This document shows positions 22,165 through 34,675 of a DNA stretch of 64,000 bases, one piece after another. Each line of letters begins with the position of its first letter. Within the stretch, counting starts at the first letter, position 1. The translations under genes were made by a program, and so were the position numbers. The DNA is from Naegleria gruberi (lineage: Eukaryota), in the NCBI GenBank assembly GCA_000004985.1, contig GG738904.1. One strand, given 5' to 3'. The notes beneath the pieces are model-generated. The model ran no database searches. It saw nothing but the letters and a program-made list of their open reading frames with translations, and was not told the DNA's origin.

Positions 22165-22876
22165 TGTTTCAATTTTTCTTGAGTGTGTGTTTCGTGTTTT
22201 GTTACCTTTTGCCCAATTATAACTATCCAAATACAATAATCATCAACAATAGGAAATTAGATGATGAATCAAGAAAATATTAAATATTCACAATTATCAT
22301 ATTATTATTATTCCTACTAGTATGCAAAACAAGAAAATAAGAAAATTCGGGGGAAAGCAAAAGGAAGAGAGGTATTAGAGACTTTGTTTTTTGAATATAT
22401 ATTAATAAATTCCAAGTGAATTGCATCAACAATTTTCTCTTCTTTGGTTTGACATGACCCGAGAAGCAGAATACAAATTCATCTCCACCACACATCATGA
22501 ATCGTTAATGAATGGAGAGAATATCGTAATTGGTAACAACAATGCTAATTATCGGTATCGTATTGTCATGTAGCTATGAAGTTTGTTGACCATGCATGTT
22601 CAAGTGCGATTTAGCAACTAGGCTTTGGATTTGGTAGTTTCAAATCGAGCTGTCGAAATTTTAAGAGGAACAATTTAATGATTCGCGATTAAAAACCAAA
22701 TCACGTAATTTTTTTGGCGCCAATGTTGAATTAAGCATCTTGTGTTTGATATTGTTGTTGGAAAGATTTCGAATAGTATTGGGAAAGATGCTCAACAAAA
22801 ATTGAAAGAATCTTTCAGATTTGGAATATTACTAGAAAAATGGAAAGGAAAGTTTCGTTTTTTTCAAAAGATAAAA

Positions 22877-25119
22877 ATGTTTCCATCATCTGAAGAGGTT
22901 TCGAATGAGGAAAAAAACAATCCAGCATTGAGTACTTCTCAACAACCTGCAAGTATAACTCCAAAAGTTTCAGATAATTTACAAAAAGCACCTTCATTGA
23001 CTTTTGTTGAAGAGGTAATTGAGGAAGAAACTCAAACGAATCAAACTAATCAACCTGTGCATCATCTCCACACACTTCCTTCGGACGATACTTTACTGTT
23101 ACACTCTCACAACCTTTCTAGATTGTTGGGATTTAACAAATCTAAAAAACTAAGACTAATTGGCAACCAACCCGCTATTCGATTCGACAGTTACTTTGAT
23201 TTGAATAAGAAAGCAGAGGAAAAAATGTTAAAACCAAAGAAGGCATCCAAAATGAGAATATTTCTCGCCACTGCTTGCTTTAGTGGTTTGCAATTTGGTT
23301 GGGCACTTCGTAAGTTTCCACAAGTTTCGTCTCATTTCCAATACTAACAAAAACATGCAAAATTCATAGAAATTGCTCTCTTAACACCATACATTCTCGA
23401 ACTGGGTCTCTCCAAAAATCTAATCACTCTCATTTGGCTCTGTGGCCCAGTCTCTGGTCTCATCATTCAACCTTTAGTTGGTGTTCTAAGTGATCGTTGT
23501 AAAAGTCCACTAGGAAAACGACGTCCCTTTCTAATAGTTGGTACAATCATGATTGTCATGTCCCTTCTCCTCATTCCATTCAGTCTCGATCTGGGTCATG
23601 CCATGGGAGATCCAACTAATGATCATCCAGCGGCAATTGCTTTGGCAATTATTGGATTTTGGATTCTTGATGTGAGTAATAATACATTACAAGGGCCGAC
23701 GAGAGCATTGGTTGCTGATATGGCATCTCATAAGAATCAGGCATTTGGAAATGCTGCATTGACGTTTTGGAGTGGATTGGGAAATATTTTGGGATATTTG
23801 GCTGGTTTTATAAGGGTAAGTAGTTATTCGAAATTGGATTATTCGAAAGTTGGAATGATTTTGTAAAGTGGTCTGAATATATTCCATTTTTCAAAACTGA
23901 AGTGTGTTCAGAAGGTTGCCAGAATTTGAAGATTTGCTTCCTACAGAGTATCATGTTTCTTCTCTTTACTTTCGTTGTGACCTTGTTAGCAGCTCGTGAG
24001 GAGCCAACTCATAAGAAACATACCCAAAGAAGGGATGAAGAGAATCGACTAATTGGTGAAGAAACCAAAACTGAAAATCCAGAAAATCAATCAGAAAGTG
24101 GAATGGAAACTAATCTTTTCAAATCAAAAAGTGAACCAATGCTCCACACAACCTCTTCCCAAATTGATGAAGAAGAAGAAAGTGAAGCCCAACCTCAGTT
24201 GACTTCTCCAAACTTTAACAATTCAAATCAGAATGCTGCACTTCTGGAACCTTTCATTGATGAAGAAGAATCAGAAATTACTCAATCAGATCGTCCTCAA
24301 CAAGTGGAAGTTTCTGGAGAGCTGGTACTCGAACACAATATTGAAAAGGAAAAGGAAGAACACACAATCTTTCCTCCAGATACTCGTGCTGTCTCTCTCC
24401 ACATTGTCCGAGTCAATCAATTATGGAACTATGTCAGGAGTTGCTTCTCCCTACCTCAAGCCATGTGGAGAGTTTGCATTGTAAACTTTTTCTCATATCT
24501 GGGATGGTTTACATTCCTTGTGTATATTACTACTTGGGTTGGTGAGAATGTTTTCCATGGAAAGAGTGATGAGAAGGAACCTTCGTATAATCTCTATGTG
24601 AAAGGAGTTCAATTCGGCTCGTTTGGATTGGCTGGATTTGCTGGATCATCCATCATCTTTTCCTTTATGATTCCTTCCCTGTGCCACAAAATTGGCTTTA
24701 AGGCAACATTTTTCTTTAGTCAATTGGTCCTTGCCGGTTGTCTTGGAGCTACCTTATTTGTCAAGAACAAAATCCTGGCCTTACTATTAATCTCAACCTT
24801 TGGATTTCCATGGGCAGTGAGCAATACCATTCCATTTGCTCTAGTTGCAACCATTGCTAATAAGGATCAAAAGGGAACTTTTATGGGATTGCTGAATATT
24901 TTCATTGTTGTTCCACAGTTGGTGATGAGCTCATTTGGACCTGTGATTTCGATACTTTCGAATGGAAATGTTGCTTGGACTTTGATGTGTGGAGCTATTA
25001 GTGTGTTGATTAGTGCAGTGATGGTGTGGTTTCTGATAATTCCTCCATCAATTCTGATAACAAAGAAACGAAAGAAGAAGAAACACAACAGGCTCTATCT
25101 TTCTCACTCTATTCATTAG
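22877..25119 (+). CDS. Sucrose/H+ symporter-like transporter (GPH/SUT-SLC45 family MFS)
   Basis: Three exons: 22877..23309, 23370..23815, 23869..25119. The 60-nt and 53-nt introns keep frame, and the first contains TACTAAC. The spliced sequence reads QFGWALQIALLTPYILELGL...IWLCGPVSGLIIQPLVGVLSDRCKSPLGKRRPFL, the canonical SUT signature. Multiple TM segments follow. Confidence 0.8.
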
Positions 25120-26365
25120 GAAATAATTATTCTTTCATGTGATACTAACACGAATCATGGCCAACCGAAAAATAGCACTTGAATGCATGTAGATAAACTA
25201 TTCTAAACCTTTCATAACCTTTCGCACACTTTGAATGTTTTCAATAAAACTTCACAATTCTTTGCAGTGATGATTGAACACCTTCTTAAACCAACCTCAT
25301 CCTATTTCGTGCATGTTTCTATTCGAAAGATTTAAAACGAGGCTAAATATGTGAACTTTACAACACAATTTTCCAAACATTGAAAGTGCCTTCCTTGTTA
25401 TCCTCAAACAAAGTCCTGAGGAGAATAGGTGTGCTATTGAGAAGTATCTAATAATCCCCAAATAGATTGGTCCATTCGATGGGCTCTCCTTCTAATATTG
25501 TAATCGAATGCTAAATTATTCGAATGTGCACACATGTGTGAGGCTTTTTCAATCCAATAAACGTGTCAAAAAAACAAGTTCATTCAGACCTTGCTAATCT
25601 CGCTCTCATAGTGGCCCAAAAGAATCTAGGAATTACTGCAGAGGACACTTTTACTACTATTCGCTTCTTGCCGAAACTCCACACAATTGTTTTTCTTGCA
25701 TTTTCAGAATTGAGTGTTGCAAGCTTGTTTCGACTTTTCTAGAGAACACACCAAGAACTTCACAAAAGCTCATCTTGGTTCTCCTAAATTCTTCAGTTCG
25801 AACAATTTCTGAACCGGTTACAATTCTACAATTTCCAATACCAACTTTTGATTGAATTTTCAAAGGAAATTGGATGGACAATCGTGCAAAAAAAGTATCC
25901 ACCACACAATACAGTAACTTTATACGAAACTCAACACACTCACGTTGAAGGTTTCGTTATCGTTCAATTTAATATTGAATATATTTTTTGATTAGCACTT
26001 ACCATTGCCGAATTGGACAAAACTATACTAGTATCAGCAACAACCAAATTTGCACTGTCATCAGCTTATTCACAGTCAAAAAAAACATCTATAGACCCTT
26101 CTCTCTAAATTATTCGAAAGTAGAGTGGATTATTCTTCACATCATCAACAGGCGGCACAACAACAATTGTTGTTGATCAACATCCATTGACAATATTTAA
26201 ACACAAAATCGGAGAATACGAAAAAATCTCTGTGAGCAGTAAAACTAATAACCGAACAAAAAATTTGCCGCCAAAAAAGAAAATTGCTGAATTCAAACCT
26301 GAACTTGCGTAAACATTTAAAAACTTGTTAAATTCACACACACAAATTATCAATTGGATTTCAAC

Positions 26366-29300
26366 ATGCAAGTTTCAGAACAACAAGTATCTGTAGTACT
26401 AACTCATCAACCACAATCATCATCAATATCTGAAGCGGATAATAATAATAATAATAATACCATTAACAATATAGATAATAATAATAATAGCAATAATAAT
26501 AATAATAATATAGAGGAAGATAATGATAATAATAATAATATTTACATGCTTTCATTCAATAATAGTGGATTAACACCTGCATTACCTGATCCGAGTCCTT
26601 CACCTCCACTTAAATCAACTGTTGCAGTAGTTGGTACATCATCACAACAACAAAACATGTCGAAATTATATTCCTCTCCTCCGAATAACATTAACAATCA
26701 ATTAGATTATTCACCAGTGAGGATTAGAACCATCAATTCGGCGACATTACCAACCAATAATAATATTAACAATAATAATGAAGACCGATCACTGATGATG
26801 ACAACAACAACATCTTCATCAACTGCACCTCCTCCACCTAGTTCTTATCAATATCCAATTCCAACAAGACCTACTACTACTAAATCTTCATCCGTGAATG
26901 AGAGTAATAATATGATGGAGGACAATTTCCCCAACACCATAGAAAGTAATGTGCGAACACAAGAACATTCCCAACAACAAACACACTACAAATCCTATCA
27001 TCACAATAATGAAAGAGAAGGAGAACGAGCTTCTTACTATCATCACTCCTATCCATCACAAAATTCCATAATGATGACAAATAATCATAATATCGAAAAT
27101 TGGAAAGGCTTGAAGGAAAACAGCAACAATCTATCATCCGCAGAAATTCAAAAAGAACAAGCGAACTTGGTTTACGGCACTCAATACCGCCAAAAGAATA
27201 GAAGTACACAACCACCTAGCAGCGCTTCTTACTTAGGATCAGTTGTTGAACGAGAAGAAAGAGGAGACGAAGAAGAAGAAGATTATCGTGTCTATCATCA
27301 TCAGCAACAACCACAGCAACAACAATATTTGAGAGAGAACTATTATCCTTCTCATCAGGGTAGTAGTACTACGTTGCCAAGCACTACTTCAATCTTGTTG
27401 CCAAGCCACGAAGCAAGGAATATCCAAAATTATAACAACCCTTCGCTACAAATAATTAATCAAAAGAATACCTCCACAAGTTCAACTTCACCTTCTTTAA
27501 ATTTTGCTACAGGTTCGTCTTCACAACAACCATTGCACGGAAGAAGAAATAGCAATTATCATCTGTACGATAATAATAACTATCACCAACAACACCAATA
27601 CGTGGAGAGAAATAATAACAATTTTCCAACAACTTCTCTCCATCAACGAACAACACCAACAACAATAGCAGAATATCAAGTTGGAGCTCCTAGTTATTCT
27701 AAACAAAGTTCAATGCAACAACAACCCTTTGTCATTCAGCCAAGTATGCAGCCCTCATCTGGAATACCGTCCTTTCACCAAGTTCACTCATCCTCCTCTG
27801 CCACCAATTCCTTCCATGTACCTTCCAATTATCAACAACATCATCATCATCAACCTCCACCACCACAACACTATCAACCACTTCCTCCGTCATCATCATC
27901 CTCATCAAATTATTTGAATCCTCCACACCAACAACAACAACAATCATCCTACTCTTCACCAAACAGTAACCAAACTAACTCATCCGAACCAAAATTACGT
28001 GTCTATAATTCAACATTAAAAGTTCCAGAAGGAATTTTTTCATACGATAACACAACACTAACTTGTGAACCTCATGGATTTAAGCCAAATGATAGAAGAG
28101 GAGCTCCACAAACAACTCACAGTGTCTACGTGAGTGATGTATTAGTAGTTACTTGTGATTTGGTTAACATGTCGAATCAACCAGGTGTTTTTCAAAATTG
28201 TACTGCGAGATTGGTTCATTTGATGGGAAAGAATGCTAAAAAGAAGAGAAAGGAAGGAGTCAGTGATCAAGATGATGGTTTAGACTCGGAGGATGATGAT
28301 TTGGATGATGGAAAGAAGAAGAAAAAGAAGAATAAGAAGAAGGATCAAGAAGATTCACTTGATGGTGATTTTGTTACTGATTTTTCACAGGCAGGAATGT
28401 TAGAGTCTTTTGAATTATTATCGGAACAACCTTGTCAAGAAAATGTTCAGAAAGGAAAGATTGTTTCCTCCCTCAAGGTTCCTCGTGTTAGGGGAAGAGA
28501 TTGTAAAACAAAGACTGGACAAATTCAAGTTATTAGATTTAAAGGAACAGAGAGAGAACATATTATTGCTGTGAGTGACTTGTTCTGGATAAGATCTAGA
28601 ACAAGAACAGAGATGGAAGTGAGAAAGTTCAAGAAACAACAGCAACAAACTCCACAACAATCATTGCCATCTCATCAACCACCTCAACAACAACCAATTT
28701 CTGTTCAATCACATGAAACTTCCAATCTTTCTTTGCATCATCATGCACAACAACTTTCTCATCCACCAACAATTCCATCTTCAAGTTTAAATCCTCCTCG
28801 TGAAAATTATCATAATCCACAATGGCCAAATATGCCAAATATTGTACAACCAAATTCACCAAGTACAAATGAGCATGCTGGTCTTCCTCCTAAAAAGAGA
28901 AGGAATAATAGTCCAGGAGGTGGTAATACACCAAACACTTATAGAGTTCCTTCAAATCCAGCTGCTTCAATTGTTCACTCATCAACAGGATATTTCCCCT
29001 CAAACAATATTCAACATCAAGAGAATGGTAAAGTACCAAATCTACACGATTCTCCTTCTCTTAGTCATCATCATCATCACGTGCCTTATCAACCATCGAG
29101 GAATGAACCAACTTATCATGAATTACTACAACGAGTTCACACATTAGAAGAAAAGTTGAATAGACTTGAAAGTAAATTGACTAGAGCTGGACATTTGTCA
29201 CCTGAGTTCCCAATGCCACCTGATAGTCAAACATTTTCTCCATTCCTCCCTAGTTCTGCAATTCAGCCACGTCCTGTTGAACCACCTAAAACTTTTGCAC

Positions 29301-29539
29301 CTTTCCCAATTGATGTTTTCATTAAAGACGATAAGAGAGGAGAAAACCCAACATTGCCTTCAGTGGTTTCGTCAGATTCCCAACCAGCAATTTTTAATCC
29401 AAAATCACCACTTCCAAGTTTCCCTTTTGATCCATCTGATTCATTCTTGAAGAATAGTTTCTCATCACCACCAGCTTTTACAAATCCAACATCGAGCAGT
29501 TCATCCGAGAGTGGAGGTGGCATGAAGAGAGAACGTTAA
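26366..29539 (+). CDS. Large low-complexity (N/Q/S/P/H-rich) protein of unknown function
   Basis: Single ORF of about 1057 aa from ATG 26366. It has poly-N, poly-Q and poly-H runs, a central non-repetitive segment (KLRVYNSTLKVPEGIFSYDNTTLTCEPHGF...QIQVIRFKGTEREHIIAVSDLFWI), an acidic/KKKKKKNKKK NLS-like insert and a short heptad segment (YHELLQRVHTLEEKLNRLESKL). Confidence 0.6.
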   Translation: MQVSEQQVSVVLTHQPQSSSISEADNNNNNNTINNIDNNNNSNNNNNNIEEDNDNNNNIYMLSFNNSGLTPALPDPSPSPPLKSTVAVVGTSSQQQNMSKLYSSPPNNINNQLDYSPVRIRTINSATLPTNNNINNNNEDRSLMMTTTTSSSTAPPPPSSYQYPIPTRPTTTKSSSVNESNNMMEDNFPNTIESNVRTQEHSQQQTHYKSYHHNNEREGERASYYHHSYPSQNSIMMTNNHNIENWKGLKENSNNLSSAEIQKEQANLVYGTQYRQKNRSTQPPSSASYLGSVVEREERGDEEEEDYRVYHHQQQPQQQQYLRENYYPSHQGSSTTLPSTTSILLPSHEARNIQNYNNPSLQIINQKNTSTSSTSPSLNFATGSSSQQPLHGRRNSNYHLYDNNNYHQQHQYVERNNNNFPTTSLHQRTTPTTIAEYQVGAPSYSKQSSMQQQPFVIQPSMQPSSGIPSFHQVHSSSSATNSFHVPSNYQQHHHHQPPPPQHYQPLPPSSSSSSNYLNPPHQQQQQSSYSSPNSNQTNSSEPKLRVYNSTLKVPEGIFSYDNTTLTCEPHGFKPNDRRGAPQTTHSVYVSDVLVVTCDLVNMSNQPGVFQNCTARLVHLMGKNAKKKRKEGVSDQDDGLDSEDDDLDDGKKKKKKNKKKDQEDSLDGDFVTDFSQAGMLESFELLSEQPCQENVQKGKIVSSLKVPRVRGRDCKTKTGQIQVIRFKGTEREHIIAVSDLFWIRSRTRTEMEVRKFKKQQQQTPQQSLPSHQPPQQQPISVQSHETSNLSLHHHAQQLSHPPTIPSSSLNPPRENYHNPQWPNMPNIVQPNSPSTNEHAGLPPKKRRNNSPGGGNTPNTYRVPSNPAASIVHSSTGYFPSNNIQHQENGKVPNLHDSPSLSHHHHHVPYQPSRNEPTYHELLQRVHTLEEKLNRLESKLTRAGHLSPEFPMPPDSQTFSPFLPSSAIQPRPVEPPKTFAPFPIDVFIKDDKRGENPTLPSVVSSDSQPAIFNPKSPLPSFPFDPSDSFLKNSFSSPPAFTNPTSSSSSESGGGMKRER

Positions 29540-30851
29540 ATGAAGTGAAATAAAAAATTAATTGTAAATTCAAATATGAAAATTGAAGTTTAGTTTGTAA
29601 TATGTTTGAGAATCCAACAAGTTCAAAGATATTAATGGTCCTTCCACCTTGTGTGTCATGTACTCTAGTGTAAAAAAATCAAAAAGGCTGTGTGAAAAGT
29701 GAGCTTAACTTTACAACATGTGATCGTTCAATGCGTGCGTACGATCTCCGATCTATTGAGAAGAAACCAGTTGTTGAAAATTGCAAACTTGAAGATTTAA
29801 CGTTTCGAAAAAAAATTCATGAGTAGTAACAAGTAGGCCGCTAATTTGCTTGCTAGAAAAGACTCTGATCACACACTATGTAAGTCATCATTCTTAAATA
29901 TCTTGGCAAGATATTAATTTCTACATTTCACCAATTTGCTTGTAAAAATTTACAAATTGCAATTTTAATGATCCAATGATAATAATAATGATCATCATCC
30001 GATACCTAATTAACTTGATCATATTAATACTACCATGATCATCAATGATGATATTGTACACTTTGTATGCAAATTGTCGTGATGAAAAATCTTGTCAAAC
30101 ACTTTTGGATTAATTTCCAAATATGGACTCTTTAATATTGGTCCTTTTTCTTGCATTACTCTCTGTGTTGATCGTCACCAAAACACTCAATTGGTTCTTT
30201 CTCTATCAACATTCCATTCAATATTGCATTTCCTCTCCTTTCTTAACCCAATTGACCAAAATCTTGAAAAAATCGATGAAATTTCTTATTGGGCTCTTGT
30301 TGTTCTTTGTTTGTTATTCGTGGTATTCTTCTTTCAAAATACTTGCCATTGCTCCGAATGAAAACTTTGAAAAATCCTTGCAATATCGGAATGCTTCCTC
30401 TTTCCAATTTCATATCAAATCTTCCATCCTTGCTGCTTGTCTAAATTCCCACCACTCTAACAATGCAAATACTTGCAAATCTTCCTCCACTCATAACCAT
30501 CGTGCTGATGTTAATGATGCTGAACCAATTTTTGAACTTTCCTGTCGTTGCACAACTTTAAATCCGATGAATAATGATCCTTCTCTCACCACCAAAAACA
30601 ACCTCGACCAAATATTGCAACAATACCAAAATTCATTGACTTTGGACTCCCCGAATCAATCGACCACCCCCAACTACTACGGCTCTTGTTCTGTTACTGA
30701 CAATCGTGATGATGATGCTTCTGGTGCTTCTTCCTCTGCTTCTTCCTCTGCAACTGCTACCTTGATTAATACCAACCAAAATAGTACTAAAAACTCTCTC
30801 AAAGAAGTAGAAGAAAAAACAACAACTCCCTCCAAACAACTCTTAGAAATA

Positions 30852-32723
30852 ATGAATAAGAACGACTTGTATGCACTTGCTCCAAATCACTTCCTCTACA
30901 ATCCAATGTTGAATAAGGATACCGCATTCACAGTGGAGGATCGTGAAAAATTGGGTCTTCGTGGATTGTTGCCACCACACGTTGAGACCATTACTCATCA
31001 ATTGGTGAGATGCTTGAGACAATTCCGTAACTTTAAAAATCCATTGGACAAGTATGTTTACTTGATGAGTTTGCAAGGTAGAAATCAAACCTTGTTCTTT
31101 AAATTGTTGATTGATAACATGGTTGAAATGTTGCCAATTGGTAAGTTGATGATAATAATTTTGCATTCCAAAGTTTTTAACACATTCTCTCTCATCTGTG
31201 TGAAATTTACTTGTTATTTTGCTTAATACAAATAATAATGCTTCGGAACCACCACAACAAAACACAACATTCATTTACCACTCTTTTTAACATTATAAAC
31301 AGTCTACACACCAACTGTTGGTGATGCTTGTCTTCAATTCGACCAAATTTGGAGAGTTGCTCAAGGCATGTACATCTCATTGGAAGATAAGGGATCAATT
31401 TCTGCAATTTTGAAGAATTGGGAACCAAAGCAACCAGATATTATTGTCGTTTCCGATGGTTCACGTATTTTGGGTCTTGGTGATTTGGGTGCTAATGGTA
31501 TGGGTATTCCAATTGGTAAATTGAATCTCTATGTTGCTGCTGCTGGTTTCCATCCAGATAAGACTTTGCCAATTTGCATTGATGTTGGTACTAACAATCC
31601 AGGATTGTTGGAAGATGATTTATATTTGGGATTGAAGAGAAAGCGTGTTCGTGGACAAGAATTCTTTGATTTCATGAAGGAATTTATGATTGCTGTCAAG
31701 ACTACATGGCCAAATTGTTTAGTCCAATTCGAAGATTTCTCAAATGATGTCTGTTTCGATTTATTGGATCAATATCGTAATGAACAATTGTGTTTCAATG
31801 ATGATATCCAAGGTACTGGTGCTGTCATTGTTGCTGGTTTCATCAATGCTGCCAAGATTACTGGTAAGAGAACTTATCAACACAAATTATTATTTATGGG
31901 AGCTGGTTCTGCTGCCACTGGTGTCGCTGATCAATGTGTTGGTGTCATGAAATTGCAAGCTGAAGAAGATGGATTGAGCAAGGAAGAAATTGATGCCATG
32001 TCTGAACATTGGGTTTATTTGGTCGATTCTAAGGGATTAGTTACACAAACTCGTTCTGATTACGAAGAAATGCCACATCACAAGAAGAAGTATGCCAAGA
32101 AGGGTGATGAAACTTTGGGTAACTTCCAATCCAAATCTCTTTTGGAAATTGTTCAAAAGACTCAACCAACTGCTCTCATTGGTCTCTGTGGTCAATCTGG
32201 TGTTTTCACTCAAGATATCATTGAAGAAATGGCCAAGATTAACCAAAAGCCAATCGTTTTTGCCTTGTCCAACCCAACTAAGAATTCTGAATGTACTGCC
32301 AAGGAAGCTATTGAATATTCAAGTGGAAGAGCTATCTTTGCTTCTGGTTCTCCATTCGAAGATGTTACTTACAATGGAAAGACTTATCAATTGAGTCAAG
32401 GTAACAATTTGTACATTTTCCCAGCTTTGGGTCTTGGTGCTGTCGTTACCAGATCAAAGCACGTTTCTGATGTTATGATTTTGAGAGCTGCTCAAACTTT
32501 GGCCGATCTCACAAGCCAAGATAGATTGGACAATGGATTGTTGTATCCAAGTTTGACAAATATCAGAGAAATTGCTCAAAAGATTGCTGTCCAAGTTGGT
32601 AAACAAAGTGTTAAGGAAGGTCTTTCTCAATTGACTGAAGAACAATTACCAAAATCTGAAGAAGAATGGGTTAAAATTGTTAAGGATTATGTATATACTC
32701 CAGATTATGAGTCCAAATTGTAA
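30852..32723 (+). CDS. Malic enzyme (NAD(P)-dependent malate dehydrogenase, decarboxylating)
   Basis: Exons 30852..31140 and 31303..32723, with a 162-nt GT-AG intron. The splice recreates LPI|VYTPTVGDACLQF. Other motifs: GLLPP, GIPIGKLNLYVAAAGF, FNDDIQGTGAV, FMGAGSAATG. The same frame stays open upstream to ATG 30123, a possible 243-aa extension. Confidence 0.9.
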
Positions 32724-33081
32724 ATATTTCAACAATTAATTTAAACCAACTATTATAAACATTTAATATTTCACTGATATTATTTCACACACTTTCAATA
32801 TATTCTCCATTCCAATCGCAACAGCGTCCAACCATACTCAATTCTGTCCAATTCTATCTAAATGCAACCTGAGGATCTCCTTCACAACCAAGCGCATCAA
32901 CCAAACACTAGTCCGACCAGCACTACGATCCTAGTGCACTTCAATTAATATCATGTCATGAAATCTCTCCACCGTATTACTTTTAAACAAAAAGAAAAAA
33001 AATCTCCAATTGTTAACTGTACAAATCTTTCATCTTTTTCCGAAAGTTAGAGAATAATTTGAAAGAGAAGGTGAACACAAA

Positions 33082-34089
33082 ATGACTAGTCAAGAGAGTA
33101 ATGATGGATCAATTTCCTATGGATGGTGGATTGCCACTCTTTTAATAGGAATTGTCCTGATGAGAATATTGCAATTAATTATGAAATTGAAAAGACAAAT
33201 AAGCAAGGCTGGTGGAACTCCTGGTTATTGGCAATTATTGGCTGAAGGCTTGTTTATCATGCCAATTCTTTCGCCCTATATTGCTCATGGTAATTTCCCA
33301 GTGATTCAAGGATTGATTGCTAAGGAGGAAGAGAGAGCTAAGGGAAGTGATGAAAAGCAATTGATTATTCGTGTCAGTACTCCCTATAGAAATAATTATG
33401 TAATTTGGGATAAGGATTCAGTGAAGGAAGTTTTAGTTACAAAATCATCATCCTTTCCAAAACCTTTGGATTTTTATGAACCTTTCAATATTTTCGATAA
33501 GGATGCTACTTCAATTTTGACAGCTGCCGATGGTCCAGTTTGGAAGAATCATAGACATGTGGTGGCTCCTTCATTCTCAACTGGTAATTTGGTTTTTATG
33601 AGTCAAGTGACTGTAAAGACAGTTGATGCATTGTTTAGAACAAAGTGGAATAAGTTATTGGACCAGGATAGTAAGGGATTCATTATGGATATGGAAGATA
33701 CTACAGCTGTCACTCTTCAAATTATTGGTGAAAGTGGATTTGGTATGGATTTTGGTGTTTTCGATGAAACTAGCTCTGATTCTAAAAAGTTTAGAGAAGC
33801 ATTGAATATTGTCGTGAGAGTTGACTATTATGCCAGATTCTTCCTTGCTAAAATCCCATTCCTTTACAATGCAGTTTCTGATTATACTGGAAATACAGAA
33901 GCTCTCAAGGTGATGAGTGAAAAGCTTGAACAATGCATTTCTCAAAGAGTAGCCGAATTCAAACAAGATCCAGAAAAACCAATGAATGATTTATTGTCGC
34001 TCCTTGTTAAGGCAAACATGATGGATGAAAAACTCACACTCAATGAATTGAAGAGTAACAGTTACATCTTCGTAGTTGCAGGTCATGAG
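33082..34089 (+). CDS. Cytochrome P450 (copy 1), 5' portion, ending inside the I-helix motif ...FVVAGHE; interrupted by a 5.09-kb insertion
   Basis: N-terminal TM anchor (WWIATLLIGIVLMRIL) and an alignable paralog at 55239. The frame reads gca ggt cat gag then tat tga. The missing continuation TTATTMQW... is found at 39234. Confidence 0.8.
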
Positions 34090-34618
34090 TATTGAAAATC
34101 AGAAGGTGTTCTTAAAGATGGTCACTGGTGCCATCAATGGTTTGATTCGTGGATTTTGGTTAAAGATATTATTCCACTTGAAGAACATTCTTCAATTATT
34201 AGGAGATGTTACAGCATGCTATGTGGAAAGTACCGTTAATATTTCCAAAGATATTTTGGAAATGTACAGTTTCATAATGAAGGAATCATTTTTGGAAAGA
34301 TTAAATTCAAGAATTGAGGAGAGAAATCTTTTATGTATTGATTTTGAAATTGTTAACAATGGATTGGTAGATAGGAATGCAGAGTGTTTTAACTCATGGT
34401 ATGAAAATGTATCTAAACATCTTATTGATTGGTCAAGTAAGGCTGTAAGTAATCGATTTGCAGAGTTTACAGAGTTAGTGGATGAAATTTTTGGTCAAGT
34501 TAAGAATGATTATGCAATGATTGCTGATAAAACTATTGAAAAGAGAACAATGGAGTATAATTTTATTACTGAAAAGAAGAGAAGATTGACAGAATTGATC
34601 AAAGAGTTAAAAAAGTAG
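34085..34618 (+). CDS. Hypothetical helical protein (177 aa), first ORF of the insertion
   Basis: Its ATG is the ATG inside the left CATGAG junction repeat. The peptide is MSIENQKVFLKMVTGAINGL...KKRRLTELIKELKK. No family recognised. Confidence 0.35.
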   Translation: MSIENQKVFLKMVTGAINGLIRGFWLKILFHLKNILQLLGDVTACYVESTVNISKDILEMYSFIMKESFLERLNSRIEERNLLCIDFEIVNNGLVDRNAECFNSWYENVSKHLIDWSSKAVSNRFAEFTELVDEIFGQVKNDYAMIADKTIEKRTMEYNFITEKKRRLTELIKELKK

Positions 34619-34675
34619 ATTGGTAATGAGTAAATTGAATTGTGTCTGTGCAATTCTGATTGTATTCTTGTAAAG

